Source: a virus (taxonomy: Duplodnaviria; Caudoviricetes). From it: a DNA stretch of 64,000 bases. A program made the position numbers and the translations under genes. The notes beneath the pieces were generated by a model. The model saw only the letters and a list, made by a program, of their open reading frames with translations. It did no database searches and was not told the DNA's origin. This document shows positions 46,364-56,275 of the stretch, one piece after another; the first letter of the stretch is position 1; every line of letters begins with the position of its first letter. The DNA lies in IMG/VR virus record IMGVR_UViG_2890351070_000001, positions 10,912 through 74,911 of that record. One strand, given 5' to 3'.

Positions 46364-46764
46364 GGGAGTTGTGATTCTGTCAGGCCATTAAAGCAAGCAG
46401 CCTGACAAGTGCATGTTCCTTCGACTTCTGGATCTGGCGCGATATATAGCTGCCATTCTTTTGATGTTACATCGGGTTTATTTATTTGACAAAGGCAGGC
46501 CTGTGAACTTTTCTGTGTTCCCACTGTAAGTAGCGCGCAGACTTGATGTTCTCCTAAAAATTGGCTCATGACACTATTCGTCGTTTGAACTGGAAAAACC
46601 TTTACTGTTGGATTTGTTAGTTCTTCGACCTTGTCCGCAGCAGTAATGCCCGCAAAGTAATTAGATCCAAAAATTGATGCGCCGATTGTTGCAAATGCCC
46701 CTATAAGAGCGACAATGATTGTTGTTTGGTTTGATTGTCTAATGTTGTCTGGTGAATCAGTCAT
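46360..46764 (-). CDS. membrane-anchored Cys-rich moron
   Basis: N-terminal TM IIVALIGAFATIGASIF; Cys-rich domain. Confidence 0.6.
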   Translation of the reverse strand: MTDSPDNIRQSNQTTIIVALIGAFATIGASIFGSNYFAGITAADKVEELTNPTVKVFPVQTTNSVMSQFLGEHQVCALLTVGTQKSSQACLCQINKPDVTSKEWQLYIAPDPEVEGTCTCQAACFNGLTESQLP

Positions 46765-46869
46765 TATATGCCCCCCTTAATGTATGCAACTTTAGGTTAT
46801 TGTGGTGTAAAAGCAAATTGTAAAAAACGGGAAATTAAACAGGGCATACATATTTAACTTACACCCCCA

Positions 46870-46950
46870 TTGCATTTCATAACGAATACGGCTATTATTT
46901 CCCACGGATCATTCCGTCAGTCTCATGTTTTCACACATGGGGCTTTTTTT
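46870..46950 (+). promoter_or_regulatory. late promoter plus leader terminator before portal 2
   Basis: TTGCAT-17nt-TATTAT, TTCCCACGGATC, hairpin TCTCATGT/ACATGGGG followed by T run. Confidence 0.68.
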
Positions 46951-46961
46951 ATGGGAGAAAT

Positions 46962-48602
46962 ATGCAGTTAGCCGAAACGGTTATCAATCGACAGAGTGCG
47001 CTCCAACAGGATCGCCAGAAGTATGACAAGGTCTGGAAAGAGACCGCCGAGCGCATGGACCCCTTTGGCTCCATCCTTGATGGTAAACGGGGTGACATGT
47101 CAAAGATGTTCAGCTCTCGCCCCCTACAAGACCTCAGCCGTTTTGCAGCCGCCATAGAAAGCCTTCTTATCCCTCGTGGATCTGTCTGGCATGGCCTAGA
47201 GCCTGTCGAAGACGAGCTTAAAGAAGATGATGAGGTTCAGGCTTGGGGCGAGGCGAGGGCAAAGAAACTCTTCCAGGTTCGCTATATGGCTAAGTCCGGC
47301 TTTGTCTCCAACACACAACGAATGTTCAAGTCTCTTGGTTGTTACGGTAATCAGGTGTTGATGACAGAAGAAGTGCTTGAGCGCGGACCAGGTGGCGAAG
47401 ATCTCCCCCCCATCCGCTATAGGTCTATCCCAATCAACGAATGTTATCTGGCCTCCAATGCATGGGGACAAACAGACGTCTTCTATCGCGTTTACAAACT
47501 TACCCTCCGCCAGATCATTACTGAATTTGGTGAAGACAATATCCCTCTGCACCTAAAGCAGCGGATGGACAAGCCTGATCTGCTTGAAGAGAAATTTGAA
47601 ATCATCCATGCGATAGATGCTTCATTGTCTGGCAAGATAAAAACGAACTTTGCGTGGCCTTCCGTTCACGTTCTCAAACTACATCATCATGTGTTGCGTG
47701 AGTCCGGCTATTACGAATTTCCTATTCATGCATCTTCATTCGTAGAGAGCGACGGGGAAACTTATGGATGGGGTCCGGCTATGATGGCCTTACCTGATAT
47801 CAAGCAACTCAATGTGATGAACAAGACCACCATTGCAGCAGCAGAACAGGCAGTGTCTCCCGCCTTTGCAACGGTTCAAAAGCTGAAACGTCGCCTTAAC
47901 CTCGGTGCCAATGCAATCAATCCGGATCTGGTTACTGATGATGGCCGATTAAAGATTCAACCAATTGTGACCGGTGCGCGTCCTGATATTGGTGAACAGC
48001 TTATAGAGAAGAAGCAACTCGATATCTCTGCAAACTTCTATGGTGATCTCTGGCAGATCCTTGTGAACAAGCCAGATATGACAGCCTATGAAGCTGCTTT
48101 ACGGGCACAGGAAAAGAACGAGTTGATTGGGCCACCTTTTGCCAAGCAGGAAGAAATGCTGGCGTCTATGGTCATGCGTGAGAATGCTATTCTTGAGCGT
48201 CAAGCTGCCGATGGTATTATTGAGCTGGCCCCACGTCCTCAAGCTTTAGAAGGTCGCAGCCTTTCCCTGAAATTCACCAGCCCAATGGCTAAGCTGCGTC
48301 GTGCTGCGGAAGATGTGGGCATTCAACGGACGTTAGAAACAGCAGCACAACAGGCGCAGTTCGATCCCTCTATCATGGATAACTTTGATCACGACAAAAT
48401 CATTCGTGCGCGCGCTGATATTAATGGCATGCCCGCAGATCTTCTGCGATCCATTGATGAGGTTCAGGGGAGCAGGCAAGCGAAGGCTGAGGCCGAACAG
48501 CAGCAAGGGCTATTAGAGCAACAACAGCAACAGGCCGAAATTCAGAAAACATTGGCACCTGCATTGGATGCGCAAACCCGAGCGAATGAGGCGCTTCGAT
48601 AA
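46962..48602 (+). CDS. portal protein
   Basis: Paralog of 1584-3245. Confidence 0.9.
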   Translation: MQLAETVINRQSALQQDRQKYDKVWKETAERMDPFGSILDGKRGDMSKMFSSRPLQDLSRFAAAIESLLIPRGSVWHGLEPVEDELKEDDEVQAWGEARAKKLFQVRYMAKSGFVSNTQRMFKSLGCYGNQVLMTEEVLERGPGGEDLPPIRYRSIPINECYLASNAWGQTDVFYRVYKLTLRQIITEFGEDNIPLHLKQRMDKPDLLEEKFEIIHAIDASLSGKIKTNFAWPSVHVLKLHHHVLRESGYYEFPIHASSFVESDGETYGWGPAMMALPDIKQLNVMNKTTIAAAEQAVSPAFATVQKLKRRLNLGANAINPDLVTDDGRLKIQPIVTGARPDIGEQLIEKKQLDISANFYGDLWQILVNKPDMTAYEAALRAQEKNELIGPPFAKQEEMLASMVMRENAILERQAADGIIELAPRPQALEGRSLSLKFTSPMAKLRRAAEDVGIQRTLETAAQQAQFDPSIMDNFDHDKIIRARADINGMPADLLRSIDEVQGSRQAKAEAEQQQGLLEQQQQQAEIQKTLAPALDAQTRANEALR

Positions 48603-48880
48603 TGCTTAAGGGCTGGCCTTTCTCTCTCAAAAAACAGCATGAGCTTGTTGAGGCCTATAGCCGTATCTTCGCAACGGATGACGGACAAGTTGTTCTTGCT
48701 GACATTCTCGATCAAGCACAGGCATTTGAAGCAACTCCACCCGATGGGCCAAGTGAATTTAATGACGGCAAGCGTGCCGTTGCTTTCGACATTCTCCGCA
48801 AGGCCTCAGTAAGCCCTGAGTTAAGGGCTGAGCTGGCTAAAGCGGCATATCTAAAACAAGAGGAAGATGAACATGAGTGA
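48602..48880 (+). CDS. Bbp19-like protein
   Basis: Paralog of 3250-3531. Confidence 0.75.
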   Translation: MLKGWPFSLKKQHELVEAYSRIFATDDGQVVLADILDQAQAFEATPPDGPSEFNDGKRAVAFDILRKASVSPELRAELAKAAYLKQEEDEHE

Positions 48881-49568
48881 AGAGCAGAGCGCAGAAGCTC
48901 CCCCCGTTGAAACATCAAACGAAACACCAAATGAAGCCTCCGAAAACGGGGGCTTTTTTGATGGCAAATCGGTTGAGCAAGAGCAGGAAGGTTTTCTTGC
49001 GGATAAAGGTGATGCTGAAAGCAATGGTGATGAGGCTCCAAAGGGCGAGCAGGACAACACCGATGATAAGCCCGTTGAGTATGAGTTCAAGCTTCCTGAT
49101 GGCATCGAAGACAGTGAAGAAACACAAGCTTATACGAATGAGCTAAAGACTATGGCCCAAGCCTTAAAGCTTTCTCCTGAGCAAGCTCAAGCCCTTCTGG
49201 AATTGGACATTAAAGCAAAAACAGAAGGCGCCGAGGAGTACAAGGCTGCTCAGGAAAAGGATGAGAAGGACAAGATTAAAGCGGCAGAGAAAGCCGTTAT
49301 AGAAACGAAAGCTGCCCTTAAGGAAGAGTGGGGCGGCGATACAGACAAGAACGTCAGAACCGCCAACAGAGCTTTAAAGGAGTTTGGCGGTTCTGAGTTG
49401 GAAGGCGTTTTGAATGAAGCTGGTGTTTTAAATAACGCCACTGTCATTCGTGCTTTCCACAAGGCTGGCCTCTCCTTGGTGGAGGACAGCAGCCCCGGTG
49501 GAGCTGGCGCAACCAAGCGCAACAAATCCGCTGCGGAAATTCTCTACCCAGATGAAAAGAAAGGTTAG
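48873..49568 (+). CDS. capsid scaffolding protein
   Basis: C-terminal half shared with 3524-4333, ends KSAAEILYP. Confidence 0.8.
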   Translation: MSEEQSAEAPPVETSNETPNEASENGGFFDGKSVEQEQEGFLADKGDAESNGDEAPKGEQDNTDDKPVEYEFKLPDGIEDSEETQAYTNELKTMAQALKLSPEQAQALLELDIKAKTEGAEEYKAAQEKDEKDKIKAAEKAVIETKAALKEEWGGDTDKNVRTANRALKEFGGSELEGVLNEAGVLNNATVIRAFHKAGLSLVEDSSPGGAGATKRNKSAAEILYPDEKKG

Positions 49569-49572
49569 CTAG

Positions 49573-50592
49573 ATGGCTACACTTGGGAACACTTTTGTCG
49601 ATCTTATCGACATCTACAAGCAGACGGACCCGAACGGCTCGACTGCAACTATTATTGAGCTTTTGAAGCAGCAAAATCCCGTTTTGGATGATGCGATTGC
49701 TATGCAATGTAACAAGGGATCAGAACACCTGCATACCATTCGTACCGGTTTGCCGTCTGTTTCCTGGGGCGCGTTGTATCAGGGGATCACGCAATCAAAA
49801 GCCAAACAACAACAGGTAACCGATACAACAGGTTATCTGGAAGCTTTGGCAACCATTGATGAGCGTGTCCTGAACCTGTCAAAGAATGAAGCAGGTGTAC
49901 GCCTTAATGAGGCTATGGCGTTCATGGAATCGATGAACCAGGAAGCGGCTTCGGGTTTGTTCTATCATGATACAAAAACAACCCCTGAGAAGTTCAAAGG
50001 GCTTTCCGCACGCTTCAATGTCGTTGGTGGTGGTGGCGCAGGTAATCAGGTGATTGATGCCGGTGGTACAGGGTCGGACAACACATCTATCTGGTTTGTA
50101 ACTTGGGGTGATCGTCACTGCCACTTACTTTATCCGGAAGGCACAAAAGCCGGCCTTGATCGTGAAGATATGGGCCGTCAACGCGTTTTGGATGAAAACA
50201 ACAATCCGTACTATGTGAAAGAAGAAAAATTCACATGGCATCTTGGATTGGCGGTCAAGGATTGGCGTTATGTATCCCGTGTTGCAAATGTGGACGTGTC
50301 TGAAATGCAGGCGGGCAATGTCGCATTGTACGATTTCATGCGCAAAGCCTTCTACAAACTGCAAAGCCGTATGCGTCGGGGTGATGCAGCGGGTGGTCGT
50401 CAGGTTATCTACTGCAACCGTGATGTGCTGGAAGCCTTGGACGCACTGGCAACGAATGCCGGGTCTGGCGATAACTTTGTGCGCCTAAAGGGCACCGAGC
50501 TTGAGGGCAAAGAAGTCCTTACCTATCGCGGCATTCCTATCCGTGAAACTGACGCGCTTCTGAATACAGAAGCTCGCGTACTTGCTGCTTAA
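49573..50592 (+). CDS. major capsid protein
   Basis: 339 aa, near-identical to 4336-5355. Confidence 0.92.
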   Translation: MATLGNTFVDLIDIYKQTDPNGSTATIIELLKQQNPVLDDAIAMQCNKGSEHLHTIRTGLPSVSWGALYQGITQSKAKQQQVTDTTGYLEALATIDERVLNLSKNEAGVRLNEAMAFMESMNQEAASGLFYHDTKTTPEKFKGLSARFNVVGGGGAGNQVIDAGGTGSDNTSIWFVTWGDRHCHLLYPEGTKAGLDREDMGRQRVLDENNNPYYVKEEKFTWHLGLAVKDWRYVSRVANVDVSEMQAGNVALYDFMRKAFYKLQSRMRRGDAAGGRQVIYCNRDVLEALDALATNAGSGDNFVRLKGTELEGKEVLTYRGIPIRETDALLNTEARVLAA

Positions 50593-50603
50593 GGAGAATT
50601 GAC

Positions 50604-51032
50604 ATGATTTTCAGCAAACAGCTTACATTCTCAGATCAGCAAGCCATTACTGGTGATGCTGCATCGACGAACATTCTGGATCTCGGTGTGCCTGGTACTG
50701 TTTACGGTGCATCTGCTGCCATGAAGCAGGATATTGGCCCGGGTGATAAAATCCCGCTTCTTGTACAGGTGACGGAAGATTTCAATAATCTCACCAACCT
50801 GAAAATCTCTATTGAGGTCGATAGCACGACCGCTTTTTCTTCACCGAAACAGCTTGCCTCTCAAGCAATCCTTTTGTCCGAGCTAAAGGTGGGCAAACAG
50901 TTCAGTGTCGATTGTATTCCGAATGGTGCTGATGAACGTTACATGCGTATTCATTACGATGTCTCTGGCACGAACCCTTCGACGGGCAAGGTAACAGCCG
51001 GTATTACGATGGGAGTTCAGACTAATGGCTAA
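50604..51032 (+). CDS. capsid cement protein (Bbp16-like)
   Basis: Paralog of 5438-5860. Confidence 0.82.
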   Translation: MIFSKQLTFSDQQAITGDAASTNILDLGVPGTVYGASAAMKQDIGPGDKIPLLVQVTEDFNNLTNLKISIEVDSTTAFSSPKQLASQAILLSELKVGKQFSVDCIPNGADERYMRIHYDVSGTNPSTGKVTAGITMGVQTNG

Positions 51033-51312
51033 CCGTAACAAGAGAAAGCCTGCTCCTGCAGCCACTCAAGAGCCTGTTGTTGAAGCTCCTACAGAGGAAG
51101 CGACGCAGAAAGAGAAGGAGGCAGTCAGAGATGATAGCACTTCTTCAGATGCTGATGAGGATGCTCAAGAGCCTGTTGTTGAAGAGAGCCTTGAAGTGAT
51201 AGCCACCAAATCTGGTTATTACGGGTCCAAACTCCGAGAGGTGGGTGAAGATTTCACGCTCAGGGACAAAGATCACTTCTCCAAAAATTGGATGAAGCGC
51301 AAAGAGGCTTAG
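51025..51312 (+). CDS. small phage structural-region protein
   Basis: Paralog of 5860-6096 in C-terminal half. Confidence 0.7.
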   Translation: MANRNKRKPAPAATQEPVVEAPTEEATQKEKEAVRDDSTSSDADEDAQEPVVEESLEVIATKSGYYGSKLREVGEDFTLRDKDHFSKNWMKRKEA

Positions 51313-51393
51313 AGCCTCTTTTTTTATGGGAGGGCTTAATGTGTTTGGCCCTCTCTCTTTTAGATCATTTCATAAAATTATTAGAGGTTTTCC

Positions 51394-51972
51394 ATGAGCA
51401 GCAAAGTAGAGATTTGCCGAGATGCTTTACAGATCTTGGGTGATAAATCCATTGTCTCATTGGAAGACAGCAGCAAGGAAGCACGACAGTGCAAGATTGC
51501 CTATCCCAGAGCGGTAGAGACCGTCTTGCGTAGCTATCCCTGGTCGTGCGCCATTCGTCGGGTCAAACTGGCTGCATCAGCAGAAGTATCTGCTTTTGGA
51601 GAGTGGAAACGATATCGCCGCCCGGTTGATGACATTCAGGTTTTGCCGATCACAACGACAGGTGAAGCCAATGGCTTACCCGTGACCTATCAACTAGAGG
51701 GACGGTATATCCTGTGCCACCAAGACGCACCGCTTTATTATCGCTATATCAGTAGTGAGGTTGAACCGTCTGATATGCCGCCGGATTTACGCCGTGTTGT
51801 GGCAACTCAGTTGGCCGTGAGATTGGCAGAGGTTCTGACCGGATCGCAAACCAAATTGAATATGGCTCTTGGTCTCTATCGGAATGATTTGGCTCAGGCA
51901 AAAGCCAACGACATGATGGAAGATGGTGTGAGTGATATTATGTCTTCATCATGGGTGGAGGCGCGAAACTGA
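51394..51972 (+). CDS. tail adaptor / tubular protein A-like
   Basis: Protein identical to 6200-6778. Confidence 0.82.
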   Translation: MSSKVEICRDALQILGDKSIVSLEDSSKEARQCKIAYPRAVETVLRSYPWSCAIRRVKLAASAEVSAFGEWKRYRRPVDDIQVLPITTTGEANGLPVTYQLEGRYILCHQDAPLYYRYISSEVEPSDMPPDLRRVVATQLAVRLAEVLTGSQTKLNMALGLYRNDLAQAKANDMMEDGVSDIMSSSWVEARN

Positions 51973-53735
51973 TGCCACCAAGAACCCTTCAGGCCAGCTT
52001 TGTTCGCGGCGAGATTACGCCCCGATTACATGGACGGGAAGATACAGATCTTTACCAGCAGGGCCTTGCTCTATGTGAAAATTGGATTGTTTTGCCTCAT
52101 GGGGGCATGACACGACGCCCTGGTACACGATTTGTCGCCAACGCAAAACATTCGGATAAGCAGTGCCGGTTAATATCATTTGAATACTCGACAACTGACA
52201 CCTACACAATTGAAGTAGGTGATTTGTATATGCGGTTTTACCGTGATTTCGGGCAAATAGAAAAAGATGATGCCCCCTATGAAATTACCACACCTTATAA
52301 GGAAGAAGAGCTGTTTGATCTGGTTTTTACCCAGACGGAAAACAGTCTGTGGATTGTGCACAAGGATCATCCGCCAAAAGAATTGAAACGAAATGATCAT
52401 GCCGATTGGGCCTTGGCGGATATTACCTTTACCGCCAAACCGTCGGAATGGAAGGCAGGGAATTATCCCAGACGTTGCTCCTTTTATCAGCAGCGATCTA
52501 TTTTTGCCTCACCACCAGATCAACCACAAACCATCTGGACGTCGAAAACATCTAATGAGAAAAATTTCACTTTAGGCACGAATGCCGACGATGCGTTCAA
52601 AGCCACGATCAAGGCCGGACAAGTCAACCATATTCAATGGATGGTCGAGGGACGTGCCCTGATGATGGGGACGTCCGGTGCCACAAGGACTTTGAGTGGA
52701 TCTTCGGCCAATGAAGCCTTAACGGTTACGTCGGTTATCAACCGTCGCCATACCACCGAGGGATCAGCCGCTATTCCACCGATCCAGAAGGGGGAGGTGG
52801 CCCTCTTTTTAAGCCGGAACAGAAAGCGGTTGCATGAATTTGTTTTTTCGTTTGAGCGAGACAGCTTTATTGCGCCGGATCAGACTTTTTTATCTCAACA
52901 TATAACGGGAACTGGAATTAAAGACATGGCCCTTGCCACCGATCCGGACGCAATCATTTGGATGGTTCGGGATGATGGTCAACTTGTTGGTGTAACCTAT
53001 GAGAAAGAAAACGAAGTTGTTGCTTATCATAGGCACAAACTTGGCGGATCGACCGATGATCATGAATGGGGTGAGGTTGAATCTCTAACCGTTACCTATG
53101 ATACTTTGCGAGATGTCCTCTGGATGTCGGTTAAACGCAAGATCAATGGTGCAGTGGTCCGCCATATTGAATACATGGAAGCGGTTTTTGAAGAAGGCGC
53201 CAAGAAGGAAGATGCTTTCTTCGTAGATTGTGGTGGCACTTATGATGGTGTTGAAGCTGGCACAATAACCGGATTTGATCACCTCGCCACAGAGAGTATT
53301 GACCTCCTTCATGATGGCAAAGTATCCCCCCAGACAACTGTTGCAGGGAATGGTTCTATTGAACTTCCCAACAATCGGATGGCAAAGAAAATAACAGCAG
53401 GACTCCCCTATGATTCTGTGATCCTCCCCTTATCACCAGCCGTAGCCACACAGAATGGCACTGGTAGAGGCAAGAAGAAGCGCGTTGTTTCCATGGGCGT
53501 GGATGTCATGAACACCGGCACGATTGAAGCTGGGGATAGTCTTGCTGATACACAAAGTCATATCTTCCGGGATGGATCGACACCTTTTGGTCAATCCCCG
53601 GATCTCTATACCGGATATCTGGAAATTGATCCGGAAAACGGCTTTAGCGATAAGGCACAGATTTATATCAGAGCAAGACAGCCATTACCGGCAACAATCA
53701 GATCGTTGATCGCAGAAGTGCAATCGGAGGGATAA
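51972..53735 (+). CDS. tail nozzle / tubular protein B-like
   Basis: Paralog of 6778-8541. Confidence 0.85.
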   Translation: MPPRTLQASFVRGEITPRLHGREDTDLYQQGLALCENWIVLPHGGMTRRPGTRFVANAKHSDKQCRLISFEYSTTDTYTIEVGDLYMRFYRDFGQIEKDDAPYEITTPYKEEELFDLVFTQTENSLWIVHKDHPPKELKRNDHADWALADITFTAKPSEWKAGNYPRRCSFYQQRSIFASPPDQPQTIWTSKTSNEKNFTLGTNADDAFKATIKAGQVNHIQWMVEGRALMMGTSGATRTLSGSSANEALTVTSVINRRHTTEGSAAIPPIQKGEVALFLSRNRKRLHEFVFSFERDSFIAPDQTFLSQHITGTGIKDMALATDPDAIIWMVRDDGQLVGVTYEKENEVVAYHRHKLGGSTDDHEWGEVESLTVTYDTLRDVLWMSVKRKINGAVVRHIEYMEAVFEEGAKKEDAFFVDCGGTYDGVEAGTITGFDHLATESIDLLHDGKVSPQTTVAGNGSIELPNNRMAKKITAGLPYDSVILPLSPAVATQNGTGRGKKKRVVSMGVDVMNTGTIEAGDSLADTQSHIFRDGSTPFGQSPDLYTGYLEIDPENGFSDKAQIYIRARQPLPATIRSLIAEVQSEG

Positions 53736-54203
53736 ATGGCTGGGTTTTTTGACGGTATTTCCAGCTTCTTTGGTGGGGTGAAGGGCCTTGCTAGTACGGC
53801 AAAGACTGCAGCTACGCTTTTTAATGTGGGAGCTTCTGTTTACAACGGTATTACTGGAGCAAGGGATGCTAAAAAGAACGCGAAATTAATTCGCCAGCAA
53901 TCAGAGAGAGAAGCGGACTTAAAGCGTAGGCAAACGCGACGTTTAGTAGGCCAGCAACGTGCTAATTTTGCTGCTGCAGGAATACAAATTGAAGGTAGCC
54001 CGGCGCTCTTGATCGAAGAAACAGAGCAGCTTGGCGAAGAAGAAGCACAGAACATTCTGCAGTACGGCAATGCTCAGGCTAAAGCATATAAATCCCAAGG
54101 AACAAATGCGCTGATAGGTTCCGGATTAAGTGCAGGTGCTGGTCTTCTCGGTGGGTTTGCCCAGAACCAACTCTTTAATTCTAAACTTAAGGCAATCAGC
54201 TAA
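53736..54203 (+). CDS. small internal virion (ejection) protein
   Basis: Paralog of 8546-8989. Confidence 0.75.
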   Translation: MAGFFDGISSFFGGVKGLASTAKTAATLFNVGASVYNGITGARDAKKNAKLIRQQSEREADLKRRQTRRLVGQQRANFAAAGIQIEGSPALLIEETEQLGEEEAQNILQYGNAQAKAYKSQGTNALIGSGLSAGAGLLGGFAQNQLFNSKLKAIS

Positions 54204-56275
54204 TGCCTAATATTCCTGATCCCCTCCGTGCAGCGGGAAGGGGCCCGCGTAAGGCGTTGCCAAGCACTGGTGGGCATCTAGTCGCACAGGGCGTTCAGCA
54301 GGCTGCGAATGCATTGGGTCAAATAGGATCGCAACAGCAGCAGATTGAGATCGATAAAGCGACCAGACTAAATGCGATTCAGGACAAGACGAAGGTACTG
54401 GATCAGCAGACTAAGTGGGGTGAGTTTGAACTGGAAACTCTGGATACAGTTATTAAGCGCGAAGATTTTGCAGATCTATCACCTGAAGCTTTAGGCGAGG
54501 AATATGACAAGCTCTATGGGGATTACATAGATACTCAAATTAAAGAGCGCGGTTTTGCTGAAACTGAAATGGGGCAGGCAAACAGCAAGCTTTACAGGGA
54601 AGAATTAGAAGCCAAAAAAGCAATGGCACTCAAGCGCATTGAGATAGAACATGAAAGAGCTATTGGCGTTAAGGCTGATACTGTTATTCAGGCACAAAAC
54701 AACCGTCTATCAAACGCATTGACCAATGATCCCACTATGCTGATCGAAATCTTTGAGGTTTCTCAGGATAATTACAATGAAGTTGGAAGCGTAACGGGAA
54801 AGGCGGCGGCGGACCAATCGGCGGCAGGGGCAAGGGGGCTTTTTATTCGCACTGCTGCTCAGGCTTATATTGATCGCAAAGATTGGAGGGCTGTGGATCA
54901 ACTCTTAGACGGGATCGATCCGGCAACAGGCAACGAAATAGACACTACCGGCCTACTTACAGTCGAGCAAACGGAAAGTATTCGAGGCGTTAAAGAGAGA
55001 GCAATCAAACAGGATCTTGAATGGGCATATCAAGACTTAAAGCGTTCAGTTGATCTTGGTCAGGCAGGACACTCTAAAATAGAGGAGTGGCGGGATAATG
55101 GTTTACTGACACCTAGTCAGTGGGGAGCTTTAACTTCAATCGCTGATAAGAGGACAATAGAGCAAAGTGAGAAACAAGATAGATTAGCTGTCGTAGGATT
55201 GGCTCTGGATGGAGATCTTATGCTTGACCCCGCAGATTCAGAGCACAAAAAAGGTGTTGATGAGATTACCCTCACTATAATGCAAAGCGACCAGTTTCAA
55301 GAAAGTAGTTTATACCAACAAAATGCTGCTTTGGCTGGGCTTGTTATGCAGACAGGTATCCTTTCCAAATACACTAAATCCTATATTCGAACAGGCATGA
55401 ATGGTAATTCTGAGGCGCAAATCAGAACAGCAGATCTTGTTACGCGTTTGGATCAAATGCCTTTTGATGCTTTGCAAGGGGTGAATGAAGGCGACCTAGC
55501 AAAATCTAGATTAATTAGCAGTATGATTGAAGCCGGGATTGAGCCTGTTAGTGCTGTAAAGAGGGCTGGCGAGTTAAGTGATCCTGCCAACCAGACATTA
55601 ATTGAAGGAAGAAGAACCGCCTTTAAGGACAAAGGTTTTAACAGGCTAAGTTCAGACGAAATTACTGACAATTTTGATCCTGGTATCCTTACTGATGAGC
55701 CGAGCCTTCCTGAGTATTTATCTGCTGAATTGCTACAAGAAGCTAATGGATTATTCCAAAGACAGTTCGAGTTGACTGGTGATGAAGATGTTTCTAAAGA
55801 CTACGCATTAAATCAATTGAAGAAGGTGTGGGGTGGATCTCGAGTTATGGGCGACTTTCAGTTGATGCGGTATCCTCCCGAGTTATTTTATGGCTTTGAT
55901 GGGGAGGATGAGTGGATTGGGGAGCAATTAAAGAATGACCTTAAAGAACTGGATGTTCCTGAAAGCGCTATAGTTAGGTTGATTTCTGATAGTCAAACAG
56001 GGAGAGAGGCTACAAGTGGCCGTCCCAGCTATAAGTTAATGGTTTTTGATGGCGAGTATAAAACTATAGAGGGGCTTGAGGATAAAAGGTGGGCGCCTGA
56101 TGCAAATAATGTGAGGGAGGGAAGGGAGCGGGAATTACTAGAAGAAGCTAAAGAAAAAAGGTCAATCTCACTCTCAATAGAAGAAAATACTAGAGTTATG
56201 AAGCGGTCGGTTGAGGCAATGGAAGCTGAGCGATTTAAGGATATGCACCCTGGATTGAAAGAGGCGATTCAATAA
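54203..56275 (+). CDS. internal virion (ejection) protein, 690 aa
   Basis: Helical; second of three coupled genes after nozzle. Confidence 0.72.
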   Translation: MPNIPDPLRAAGRGPRKALPSTGGHLVAQGVQQAANALGQIGSQQQQIEIDKATRLNAIQDKTKVLDQQTKWGEFELETLDTVIKREDFADLSPEALGEEYDKLYGDYIDTQIKERGFAETEMGQANSKLYREELEAKKAMALKRIEIEHERAIGVKADTVIQAQNNRLSNALTNDPTMLIEIFEVSQDNYNEVGSVTGKAAADQSAAGARGLFIRTAAQAYIDRKDWRAVDQLLDGIDPATGNEIDTTGLLTVEQTESIRGVKERAIKQDLEWAYQDLKRSVDLGQAGHSKIEEWRDNGLLTPSQWGALTSIADKRTIEQSEKQDRLAVVGLALDGDLMLDPADSEHKKGVDEITLTIMQSDQFQESSLYQQNAALAGLVMQTGILSKYTKSYIRTGMNGNSEAQIRTADLVTRLDQMPFDALQGVNEGDLAKSRLISSMIEAGIEPVSAVKRAGELSDPANQTLIEGRRTAFKDKGFNRLSSDEITDNFDPGILTDEPSLPEYLSAELLQEANGLFQRQFELTGDEDVSKDYALNQLKKVWGGSRVMGDFQLMRYPPELFYGFDGEDEWIGEQLKNDLKELDVPESAIVRLISDSQTGREATSGRPSYKLMVFDGEYKTIEGLEDKRWAPDANNVREGRERELLEEAKEKRSISLSIEENTRVMKRSVEAMEAERFKDMHPGLKEAIQ